From Chiloscyllium plagiosum (taxonomy: Eukaryota), in contig NC_057753.1 of NCBI RefSeq assembly GCF_004010195.1, positions 5,915,488-5,962,369 on the forward strand: a stretch of 46,882 bases of DNA, given 5' to 3'. The notes under the pieces are model-generated. The model worked only from the letters and a program-made list of their open reading frames with translations, was not told the origin of the DNA and ran no database searches. Position numbers and translations under genes: made by a program. The number at the start of each line of letters is the position of its first letter. The first letter of the stretch is position 1. This document shows, piece after piece, positions 12,718-22,484 of the stretch.

Positions 12718-13022
12718 GGGTGGCACGGTGGTTAGTACTGCTGTTGCACAGTGCCAAGGACCTGGGATCGATTCCACCTTCGGGTCACTCTCTGGGTGGA
12801 GTTTGCACATCCTCCCCGTGTCTGCGTGGGTTTCCTCCGGGTGCTTCGGTTTCCTCCCACAGTCCAAAGACGTGCAGGTCAGGGTGGATTTGCCGTGCTA
12901 AACTGTCCATCGTGTCAGTTAGGTGAGTTAATCAGAGGAATAGGGTCGGGGGAATGGGTCTGGCTGGGTTACTCTTGGGAGAGTCGGTGTGGACTTGTTG
13001 GATCAAATAGCTTGTTTCCACA
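12718..13022 (+). mobile_element. HE1-like SINE
   Basis: gggtggcacggtggttag head, V-SINE core, cttgtttccaca end. Confidence 0.85.
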
Positions 13023-13642
13023 TGTCAGCACGTTGGTACCATTGTTTTCATGTACCTTAGTCTGCCTGTCCTTTCTTTCTGAATTACTGGTCTTAGCATC
13101 TCCCTTCCCCCTCAATCCCTCCGCACTCTGACCTGTTACTCCCAACCTCCCAAACTGACGCTCTTGTACAGGTCACCTCTGCCCCAGAAGAGGTCTCAAT
13201 GATCCAAACAGCCTGAACCCTTGCACCAGCTCCTTCGCCGTGCATTCATCTGTTCTATCTTTCTATTCCTCGCCTCCCTATCATGTGGTACTGCTCGTAA
13301 CCTAGAGATTACTACCCTGGAGGTCCTGCTCTTCAGCCTCTTTCCTAACTCCCTGTACTCTCCCTACAGGACCTCCTAACTCCCTGTAATCACCCTGCAG
13401 GACCCCATCCCTCTTTCTGCCAATGTAGTTGGTACAAATGTGCACCACAACCTCTGGCCGCTCACCCTCCCCCTTAAGAATTTCACGCAACTGCTCAGAG
13501 GTGTCCCTGACCCTGGCACCAGGAAGGTGACAGGAGTCTCGGACATGACAACAGAAATGCCTGAGTGCCCCTAACTAAGGAATCTCCAACCACTGGTCAC
13601 TCGCTCAGACCTTACACAACCCTGCTCTCCAGCAGAGCCAGT

Positions 13643-13964
13643 TTAGATTAGATTAAATTCCCTACAATATGGAAACAGGCTCTTCGGCCCAACAAGTCCA
13701 CACCGACCCTCCGAAGAGAAACCCACCCCTCCATGTTTACCCCTGACTAATCCACCTAACACTACGGGCAACGTAGCATGGCCAATCCCCACCTAACCGG
13801 CACATCTTTGGAGTGTGGGAGGAAACCGGAGCACCCGGAGGAAACCCGTGTGGACATTGGGAGAATGTGCAAACTCCACACAGACAGTTGCTGGAGGCAG
13901 GAATTGAACCCGGGTCCCTGGCGCCGTGAGGCAGCAGTGCTAACCACTGAGCAACCGTACTGCC
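13643..13964 (-). mobile_element. HE1-like SINE
   Basis: Same head, core and (aatct)n tail in reverse orientation. Confidence 0.88.
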
Positions 13965-14428
13965 CTGGCCTGGCTGCTGTTGTTACCCTCCCCTGAGAGA
14001 GTATTCCACCCCCCCTCAACCCTATCCGAAACGGCATTCCTGTTACAGCGGTGCAATAACCACAAGAGACTCCTGCACTAACTTCCCGCCTCTCCTGGTG
14101 GTCATCCGTCTCCCTTACTGAAGCTGCAGTGTGGTCACCTCCCTGTAACTAGTGTCCATCACTCACTCTGTCCCCTGCACGCTCCTCGGTGTATCTGGCT
14201 GAGCAACACCGTGTGTGAGGACCTGCATTCGGTCACCCTTGCTGCATGCATCGTCGTCAGGGACATGAGACCCTTCCCTGATCTCTCCTGCATCAAGCAG
14301 GAGGAGCACACTCCTGCCCCTGACTGCCATCTCTGCTCCTGTGCACTAATACAGACAAAGAGTCTTACCTTGCCTGAACCTTCCTTGCTCACTGAAGCCC
14401 AGTATTCAACAAGCCCGCATATATCCCA

Positions 14429-14647
14429 GGAGGAGAAAGTGAGGTCTGCAGATGCTGGAGATCAGAGATGGAAATGTGTTGCTGGAAAAGCGCAGCAGGT
14501 CAGGCAGCATCTAGGGAACAGGAGAATCGACGTTTCGGGCATTAGCCCTTCTTCAGGAATGAAGAAGGGCTAATGCCCGAAACGTCGATCCTCCTGTTCC
14601 CTAGATGCTGCCTGACCTGCTGCGCTTTTCCAGCAACATATTTCCAT
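14429..14647. mobile_element. Penelope-derived inverted-pair mini-element with perfect 13-bp TSD
   Basis: Near-perfect inverted arms around about 14555; cgcatatatccca at 14416-14428 and 14648-14660. Confidence 0.8.
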
Positions 14648-15167
14648 CGCATATATCCCAACTCGCTCCGCTGACTGGTTCCTCAAATTACAGTGCAATC
14701 TTTACAAGCAGACCAAACACCCTCCAGGCTGCAACAAAACTGCCCAACTTCTCTCAATGTCTGTTTTTTTTTCTTGGTTAGAGGGGGAAGGATGGAATCA
14801 CTAATGTTTGGGGCTCGCCATGGTGTCCTTCCTTGCTCTGCTGATCAGTCACGACAACTGTTGCCAACTTCTCCTCATGATGCTCGGTGACGTCTCTCTG
14901 TCGTCCCCTATTGGATGGGAGCATACAGTGTTTTAATTTGGTGTATTGCATCTGTGTCTTCAACATATTATTGAAGAGAGTTGTTTCCTTAGGTAATGCC
15001 GACATTCTCTACCCGATAATGAGGGTAGGGTCCTGTCCCTGGGTTTATTACAACCATCGTCCGAACCATCCTGACACTTCTGATATTACCAGCCTTACAA
15101 TTCGGGACCCCTGGGTAGACCCTCGTTTGCCCTTTCTGTCTTGAGACTCGAAATCTCCTGGTCGTTT

Positions 15168-15399
15168 TTTTTTTTTCCCGAGCACCCATGTTGTGCGTGT
15201 GCAAGTGTGAGACACAGTGAAAGACGACGGGGGTACAAATCTTTATTCCGTTTCCACCACCAGGAAGAAAGGAAACAGCTGAGCGGCCAGTGACAAGCAG
15301 TGCCCTTCTCAGAGGGAAATGCTGAGCGATCAAACCGTGAAGGGGAGGGCAAGGATTAAATCAAAATAGAGTTGGACGGGGTAATAATACACTCCATTC
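15168..15399 (-). mobile_element. 5'-truncated L1/Tx1-clade LINE 3' end inserted in env
   Basis: Minus strand: ORF end 'GMECIITPSNSILI*', UTR with AATAAA (15242-15247), A12 tail; cgttt repeated at 15163-15167 and 15400-15404. Tx1 assignment is from recalled similarity. Confidence 0.6.
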
Positions 15400-15754
15400 C
15401 GTTTGTCCTTTTAATGGACAATTGCCAAACGTCCCCTTAAATTGAATGAATTGTGCCAATTGAGTGCTATTGACCCAATGACGTACCTCAATCCTGTACA
15501 TTTGATTCAAGTTGTCTTGCTTGCCTATCATCCAAAGTCCATAGGTGTGGGATAGTTGGTTTTGTTGAAGATTTGTGGTGTCCCCTCAATGAAAATAGTC
15601 TCAGTATCTTCATCAACTGTATCTTTACTGTCTTCTTCCTCAGCCCGACTTGTTCCATTTGAGTTTCTTCAGCTCGCACTATTAATTCTCTCATCATCTC
15701 TTTCAGCTTTTGTACATTTTCATTTACCGCAACCCCCCATGTATCTACAGAAAA

Positions 15755-15909
15755 CACAGTAGGTCATGCAGCGTCCGAGGAGCAGGAGAGTGGACATTTC
15801 GGGCAGGAGCCCTTCATCAGGCTTCTCGGATGCTGCCTGACCTGCTGTGCTTTTCCAGCACCCCACACACTCCACCCCGATCGCCAGCATCTACAGCCCT
15901 CACTTTCTC
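15755..15909. mobile_element. Penelope-derived mini-element inserted in env, 10-bp TSD
   Basis: ctacagaaaa at 15745-15754 and 15910-15919; minus core cctgatgaagggctcctgcccgaaatgtc. Confidence 0.75.
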
Positions 15910-16907
15910 CTACAGAAAATGCAGGATTAGCTCCCGTCACAATGTCCATTCAGTGTCGCCCTTTTGTGTCTCATGAAAGTGTGGTGTTCTCTGAATTTAG
16001 TGGTTCCCATGGCATCAGCAGCTTTGCACAATACTACATTGGTTAACATCGTGAACGTTTTCATTCGCCAATCTGAACACTATTCCGGCACCTGGATCCC
16101 GGAAACACTAATCCGAATGGATACGATCTCATGTTTTACATTAGAATACGATATCTCTCCTCCATTTAACAACCCTGACCCATTGACTGTTCCCTCTGTT
16201 AGGATTGGACACTTTAATTCCCTCCGGTTGTAGGAGAGGGAGTAGGACTGGAGTTGGCAGGGACGGGAGGGAAACACCATGATAGTGCTGGGCCCCCACA
16301 TCATGTGTCATATCCATGAACTGCTGCCATCTCCCAGTCACAGTTAATTAATGGTCGTCCATTTAGGGGGAGCCCAAAGGTGCTTCCACCCATGACTTCA
16401 AGTTCCTTCCTCAACATGCACCGAGCGGCTCTGTCCATCGGACATTACACACAGGCACACGTACGCGTGCGCACACACAGATGCACAGGTGCGTACACGG
16501 TCACAGACAATGTCTTTCCCTGGAAATACCATTAACCTTGCATTAAAATACATCCTTTCCATATTTGGGAGCATATTCACAGGTTCGCAGGTCATGTTAT
16601 ACAAAGCCCTGCTGTTTGTAAATTCATTGATGTCATTCCTGCTGGTCAGGTGTTCTCCTCCAGTCATTCCTTTCAGTGCCTTGCTCATCCTTCGGGATAT
16701 TATAGCCCCAATCCACAGCCACTGAGGTCCCTTCATCTTTGATTCCTTCTCTGCTCTGGAAATTAAACCTCAGCAACGAAGGGGTCACTTGATACTTGAC
16801 TTGCCTATTTTCCTTGCCGCGTGGAGGACACTCTTCTGTGTAGACCAATTTGGCCTGGATAGCCAGGAGTTGTAGTTATATTCTTACCATCTCTATCTTT
16901 CATACAA

Positions 16908-16992
16908 TTACAGTGTGGAAGCGGACCATTTGGCCCATCAAGTCCACACCAACCCTCCAAGTAGCATCCCACTAGACCCAGCACCCTACCCT
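16908..16992 (-). mobile_element. HE1-like SINE 3' fragment
   Basis: tacagtgtggaagcggaccatttggccc...aagtccacacc matches the SINE tail region. Confidence 0.7.
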
Positions 16993-17189
16993 ATAATCTG
17001 TTCTCTTTTTTTCTTGTTTGTGTTTCATTTGGTAATCTTGCCAATAAATCCTGTATCTCTTGGGTATCATTGACGTTTTCCCTTTGCATTGGGTTTTCAT
17101 TTCCACTAGACTGTGTCCAGTCATGAAACCGTCTTAAAAAATATACCATAATTCCTGAAAATAATAATATAATTCCTGAAGCTCCAAAT

Positions 17190-17320
17190 AATAGTTGAGT
17201 CTGATTTTGTATGCTTCGATTTTCGTGCCAACCACTCCTTGTACCCGAATTTTATGCTTCGTGTGTGGTCGGTCTCACGCTGACATTCCTGCCTCGATTA
17301 ATGCTCTGCACCACCTACTC
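17190..17320 (-). pseudogene. pro: Retroviral-type aspartic protease remnant
   Basis: Minus frame 'WCRALIEAGMSA*..KIRVQGVVGTKIEAYK': decayed LIDTGA-type active site followed by a flap-like V-x-G-V-x-G. Confidence 0.55.
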
Positions 17321-17576
17321 CTCGCATGCCCACCCCAGCTGCTGCCTTTACCCACAGGGGACCATCAGCCTCCTTTACCGAGGGCTGCTGTTACCCGTGG
17401 TGGGGGGAGGAGGGGGAGGTGGTCTCTGGTTCTTGGGAACTTCTCAGTGATGTTCAGTTGCCGTCGGTTGCTCATAACTCTTAGGTCTGCAGTAACTTGA
17501 TCTGTCCCACCATTGGGCCCCTTCCTCCTTTCTGTTCTAAATCCTCTCCCGGCAGTCCTCTTGTACATGTCCCTAA

Positions 17577-17926
17577 GGGCAGCGCGCTGGCTCAGTGGTT
17601 AGCACCGCTGCCTCACGGTACCAGGGACCCGGGTTCGATTCCACCTCAGGACAGAAAGTCTGTGGGGAGTTTGCACATTCTCCTTGTGTCTGCGTGGGTT
17701 TACTCTGGATGCTCTGGTTTCCTCCCACCATCCAAAGATATGTAGGTTAGGGTGGATTGGCCATGCAAATTGCCCGTGTGTTCAGGGATGTGTAGGTTCG
17801 GTGCATTAGTCGGGGTAAATGTACAATAATAGGATAGGGGAATGGGTTTGGGTGGGATACTCTTCGGAGGGTCAGCGTGGACTTGTTGAGCCGAAGGGTC
17901 TGTTTCCACACTGTAGGGATTCCATG
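17577..17926 (+). mobile_element. HE1-like SINE inserted in the gag zinc knuckle
   Basis: Full head (tggctcagtgg / ggttcgattcc), core and ctgtagggattc end. Confidence 0.9.
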
Positions 17927-18184
17927 ATTTGCCACAGTTGATACGTTTCAGGTTATCAATTATTGCTAAATTCACTACAGCGATGGCGTAGGCCTCCATT
18001 ACAGTAACACTTCTTCTCTCTGTCACCTTCGACTACGGTTCCTCCTCTCTCCCTGTCCTCCACAGCAGCTGCTTCAGTTTTCCGTGTTTTATCTATCCCA
18101 GTCGCCTAGCTTTCCAGATCGTCTCAGGTGTTGCGTGTAGATAGTCAGGACTGACTGATTGATTAGAAGGGCTAATCTTTATAC

Positions 18185-19105
18185 ATAGAGTCATAGAAGC
18201 GTACAGCACGGAAACAGACCTTTCAGTCCAACGCGTCCATGCTGACCAGATATCCCAACCCAATCTAGTCCCACCTGCCAGCACCTGGCCCATACCCCTC
18301 CAAACCCTTCCTATTCATATACCCATCCAGATGCCTTTTAAATGTTGTGATTGTACCAGCCTCCACCACTTCCTCTGGCAGCTCATTCCTACACGTACCA
18401 CCCTCTGTGTGAAAAAGTTCCCTCTTAGGTCTCTTTTGTATCTTTCCCCTCTCACCCTAAACCTATGCCCTCTGGTTCTTAACTCCCCGACCCCAGGGAA
18501 AAGACTTTGTCTATTTATCCTATCCATACTCCTCATGATTGTATAAACCTCTATAAGATCACCCCTCGGCCTCCAATGCTCCAGGGAAAACAGCCTTAGC
18601 TTAGTCAACATCTCCCTATATCTCACATCCTCCAACCTGGCAATATCCTTGTAAATTTTTTCTGAACCCTTTCAAGTTTCACAACATCTTTCTGATAGGA
18701 AGGAGACCAGAATTGCGTACAATATTCCAACAGTGGCCTAACCAATGTCCTGTACAGCCGCAACATGACCTCCCAACTCCTGTACTCAATACTCTGACCA
18801 TTAAAGTAAAGCATACCAAACGCCGCCTTCACTATCTTATCTACCTGCGACTCCACCTTCAAGGAGCTATGAACCTGCACTCCAAGGTCTCTTTGTTCAG
18901 CAACACTCCCTGGCACCTTGCCATTAAGTGTAGAAGTCCTGCTAAGATTTGCTTTCCCAAAACCCAGTACCTCACATTTATCTGAATTAAACTCCATCTG
19001 CCACTCCTCAGCCCATTGGCCCATCTGCTCAAGATCCCTTTGTAATCTGAGGTAACCCTCTTCGCACTCCACTGTACCTCCAATTTTGGTGTCACCTGCA
19101 AACTT
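18185..19105 (-). mobile_element. CR1 (HER1-like) 3' ~0.9 kb inserted in gag
   Basis: ORFs 18623-19072 'LQRDLEQMGQWAEEWQMEFN..YRTLVRPLLEYC' and 18315-18635; (ctatgact) tail. Confidence 0.92.
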
Positions 19106-19947
19106 TCAGAGGAATGTATTTGAACTTAACTGGAGCAACGGGCGCCTGCAGGCAATGGAGTCCATTTCCTTGGCCATGGCCACACTCTGTGGTTTCCTCC
19201 AAATGGTACACTCCAGTCAGTGACATCTCTGCTTCCCCTTCAGGTGGCGAGGCTCCTGAACACATTCCGAGGGCTGGTGACGCTGGACCTGCCAGTGTTA
19301 TTTTAATCATTCTCTGCTTCTCTAGTGATTGATTTTCATGTTTTATTAGTTCCACGTGAACTCCGAAAACTAACATTAAGGCCTCATCTTCCTACCCCTT
19401 TTTATCCTGTGACTCTCTTTGCATGTTAGGTGGCTTTGCGGGATTCCAGTTTTCTTTAATCATTCGATCAACTTCTCATTTCTATCTGCCAGAAATCGGG
19501 GGAAGGATGCTTCAGGCAACCCCCCCCCCACCAAAATCTAATTCTCCCTCTGCTGTCATGGCCATTATTACAAGGGAGCGAGTGGAAAGATCTCAAGGAT
19601 CCATGACTCAAAACAAAAACGTGCACGCACACACAGACCATGGTGAACGCTACATATGTACCTGTGGTCCGATTCTTGCCTGCTGTGCTATACCAGACTG
19701 CACATCAATTCCATCCACATCGCAGGGTGAATAACCACACCTTCGTACACTCATCAGATTCTCTTCTGCGTCCTCCTGCAGGAGTACCTGAGCCAAATGT
19801 CCTCCCAGCCCCCTCTGTAGGACATGGTGCTCCTCAGCCCTGGAGGTCTTAACACGCTGGCCCGACAGGGTATTGTGACCAACCCCACTTGCTATCCTGA
19901 TGTCCCCACTCTTTCAGAATGAATGAACTCAGTTTCAGGTACAGTAC

Positions 19948-20265
19948 GGGCGCGGTGGCTCAGTGGTTAGCACTGCGGCCTCACAGCACTAGGGTCCCAG
20001 GTTCGATTCCAGCCTCTGGTGTCTGTCTGTGTGGAGTTTGCACATTCTCCCCATGTTTGCATGGGTTTCCTCCGGGTGCTCCAGTTCCCTCCCACAGTCC
20101 AAAGATATGCTGGTTAGGTGAATTGGCCAGGCTAAATTGCCCATAGTGTTAGGTGCATTAGTCAGAGGGAATTTGGTCTGGGTGGGTTACTCTTCGGAGT
20201 GTCGGTGTGGACTGGTTGGGCCGAAGGGCCTGTTTCCACACCTTAGGGAATGTAATCTCATCTAA
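19948..20265 (+). mobile_element. HE1-like SINE
   Basis: A/B boxes, core, aatct-type tail. Confidence 0.88.
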
Positions 20266-20354
20266 TACCGACGTAACCTGACTGCCTATTTGTCTGTGGT
20301 ACTGCTCCCCACATCCTGCTCGCAGTGACAAACTGTTGGGGTGGAATGACCAAA

Positions 20355-20624
20355 TGTTTCGCTTGACCCCCAGGACTCCATTTCCAGAGGTTAGTGGGAA
20401 GAAACCCTCTGAAAATCCAGACAGCTCTTCAGTCAACAAAGGAAAGCATCCATTTTTTTATACACTTGTTTCATCCCGCCTTTAGCATTTACAAACCAGT
20501 CATGGTATTGGTTACAGAGATTTACAATTCAACTTAGTCATGTTACCCAACAGCTGGAGACGGTCCTCCATGGGCTCATGATCTTTCCCAGACTCTCTGA
20601 TCTCCCTTTTTGGGGCTTCTTACA
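20355..20624 (-). repeat. Candidate 5' LTR of the retroelement
   Basis: Minus strand starts TGTAAG, has TATAAA at 20462-20457, ends AAACA and is followed by TTTGGTCATTCC (possible PBS). No second copy and no AATAAA seen. Confidence 0.35.
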
Positions 20625-20626
20625 AT

Positions 20627-20933
20627 TAGATTAGATTCCCTACAGTATGGAAGCAGGCCCTTCAGCCCGACAAGCCCACACCAACCCTGCAAAGGGAAAC
20701 CCACCCAGACCCATTCCCCCACCCCATAAGTACATTAGTCAGGAGTAATTAACATTAGGGGCAATTTAGCATGGGCAATTCACCTCTCCTACACCTCTTT
20801 GGATTGTGGGAGGAAACCCACGCAGCCACAGGGAGAATGTGCAAACTCGACACAGACAGTCGCCCGAGGCCTGAATTGAATCCTGGTCCCTGGCGCTGTG
20901 AGGGAGCGGTGCTAACCACTGAGCCACTGTGCC
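20627..20933 (-). mobile_element. HE1-like SINE
   Basis: Reverse-orientation head, core and tail; tacaat at both flanks (20621-20626, 20941-20946). Confidence 0.88.
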
Positions 20934-20953
20934 ATCTGAATACAATAGACATG

Positions 20954-21100
20954 GTAGGACACCCCAGGATAAAGATAGGGATATCCAGTTAAAACAAAAG
21001 CATGACGCAGCTGGAAATTGTATTCATGTATGTTCATTCCCAGCTCTATCATGTTTTTGTTTTAACTAGATATCCCTATCTTTATCCTGGGGTGTCCTAC
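20954..21100. mobile_element. Palindromic MITE-like hairpin
   Basis: gtaggacaccccaggataaagatagggatatc(c)agttaaaacaaaa... pairs with ...ttttgttttaact(a)gatatccctatctttatcctggggtgtcctac; TA at both ends. Confidence 0.8.
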
Positions 21101-21400
21101 AATGTTCTCATTCAAACCACATTCCAGTGTCTGCGAGTTTCTGTGCATTGGGGCTGCTTTTACTGTTTGAGACTGGTCTTCCCTCATAATTTATTCGAAT
21201 AGTTTCCTCTAGTGCCTTCAGTGTTTTTTCTTCAGTGTTGGTGAATCTATAACTACTTCAGAATCTGTGTCGATGATTATTCGACAGATCTTAACTAAAA
21301 CCTACGATTAATATTGGAGACAGGATTCACTAATTAAACCCAGTGTGAAACGCCTTGTGTATAAATAACTGCAGCTGCCTATTCCGTCTCAGTGCTGTTA

Positions 21401-22335
21401 TTGAATTGAATTGAATTGAATTTATTGTCTCGTGTGCCGAGGCACAGTGAAAAGCTTTGTCTTGCGAGCAATACAGGCAGATCACAGAGTTAAGTAGCAC
21501 AGATAAGTAAATAATAGGGAAACAGCGGCAAAAACAAAAACACAGGGACAGACAAATGTTAAGAGTTTGAGAGTCCATTCAGTATTCTAACAGTTGGGTA
21601 GAAACTGTTGCACTTTGTGATTGTCCGGGCCGAGTTCACCACTCTCTGTAACCGTCTCCGATCTTGAATGGTACAGTTGCCATACCAGGTAGTGATACAT
21701 CCAGACAGAATGCTCTCGATGGTGCACCTATAAAAGTTGGCAAGGGTATTCACCGTCACGGCAAATTTCCTCAGCTGCCTGAGGAAGAAGAGACGTTGGG
21801 CCTTTGTGACCAGTACATCCACATGAAGAGTCCAAGAAAGCTTGTTGTAAATGAGCACTCCCAGGAGCTTGACACTCTCTACTCTAACACCACAGAGGTT
21901 TAATATGTGTCGGGGGGCATGCATAACTTCCCGCTAAAGTCAATAATGAGTTCCTTGCTTTTGCTGGCATTGAGAGCTAGGTTGTTCTCAGTGCACCATT
22001 TTTCCAGGTCTTCCACCTCCCGTCTGTAGTCTGTTTTTTCATCATCTGAGATTCGACCGACTATGGTAGTGTCATCAGTGAACTTGTAAATGGCATTAGT
22101 CTGGTATTTGGTGATGCAGTCATGGTTATACAGTGAGTACAGTAGGGGGCTGAGTGCACACGCCTGGGGGGGGGGGGGGTTCCAGTGTTGAGTTTTAGTG
22201 AGGATGAAATATTGACCCCAATCTTCACTGATTGTGGCCTGTGGGTCAGGATCCAGTTGGAGAGAGTGGGGCTTTGTCCGAGATCACTAAGTTTAGTAAT
22301 CAGTCTCAAGGAGATAATAGTGTTGAAGGCTGAAC
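21401..22335 (-). mobile_element. Rex1/Babar-type LINE, 5'-truncated
   Basis: '[17 protein letters not shown]' and 'KAQRLFFLRQLRKF..NFYRCTIESILSGCITTWYGNC..LQRVV'; (caatt)n tail; ctgtta at both flanks. Confidence 0.85.
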
Positions 22336-22484
22336 TGTTACCTTGGGTCCTCAAAGCAACAATCGCTCGTGTGAAGGCTACACAAAGCAAATATTTTCCA
22401 AGCTTTTTATCTACGGTCAGCCATGTTCTGTTGGTAATGCCATGGGTAAGCACTGGCCAGGTTATCCTTTTGCTCCTAATATAC

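Larger units (their letters stand above)
10730..14800 (-). mobile_element. 5' portion of the older CR1 (ORF1 N-terminus, esterase, endonuclease), heavily interrupted
   Basis: 'DRSPWPEGIYPRLLRGASEEIAG'; 'PEVVVHICTNYIGRKRD' (13302-13490); Cys-rich ORF1 start 'VCSSCLM' near 14300; continues the element broken at 7460. Confidence 0.7.
14920..16736 (-). pseudogene. env: Env-like class I fusion glycoprotein remnant
   Basis: Manual translation: ..GEISYSNVKHEIVSIRISVSGIQVPE*CSDW..FMRHKR|ATLN/DIVTGANPAFSV[insert]DTWGVAVNENVQKLKEMMRELIVRAEETQ../TYGLWMIGKQDNLNQMYRIEVRHWVNST..CPLKGQT[insert]TRRF..GPYPHYRVENVGIT*. Contains stops and frameshifts; 5' limit uncertain. Confidence 0.6.
17552..19565 (-). pseudogene. 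gag: gag remnant with two degenerate CCHC zinc knuckles
   Basis: 'KKCYCNGGLRHRCSEF' (17968-18009) and '(R)INCGKS[SINE]GHVQEDC' (17924-17945 plus 17552-17572), spacing Cx2Cx4Hx4C; upstream ORF 19092-19376 is collinear but not independently diagnostic. Confidence 0.5.
14900..20624 (-). mobile_element. Decayed env-bearing LTR retroelement / endogenous retrovirus, pol largely deleted
   Basis: Order on minus strand: TG-starting LTR candidate, gag remnant, two CCHC-like knuckles, protease remnant, env remnant with RHKR; reading frames rejoin across nested insertions. Confidence 0.7.

Noticed and set aside
13344..13405. ~31-bp tandem duplication in CR1 ORF1
   Set aside because: Ordinary local slippage in a dead element.
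15176..15250. AATAAA...CA followed by TGGGTGCTCGGG looked like an LTR end plus a tRNA-Pro PBS
   Set aside because: It runs straight into an A12 tail, follows an ORF stop, is bounded by a short duplication, and the env frame resumes beyond it. It fits a LINE 3' end better.
21401..21421. (gaatt)n, (aatct)n and (catagaa)n short arrays as possible CRISPR or satellite
   Set aside because: They are 3' tails of Rex1, HE1 and CR1 elements; no spacers and the context is eukaryotic.
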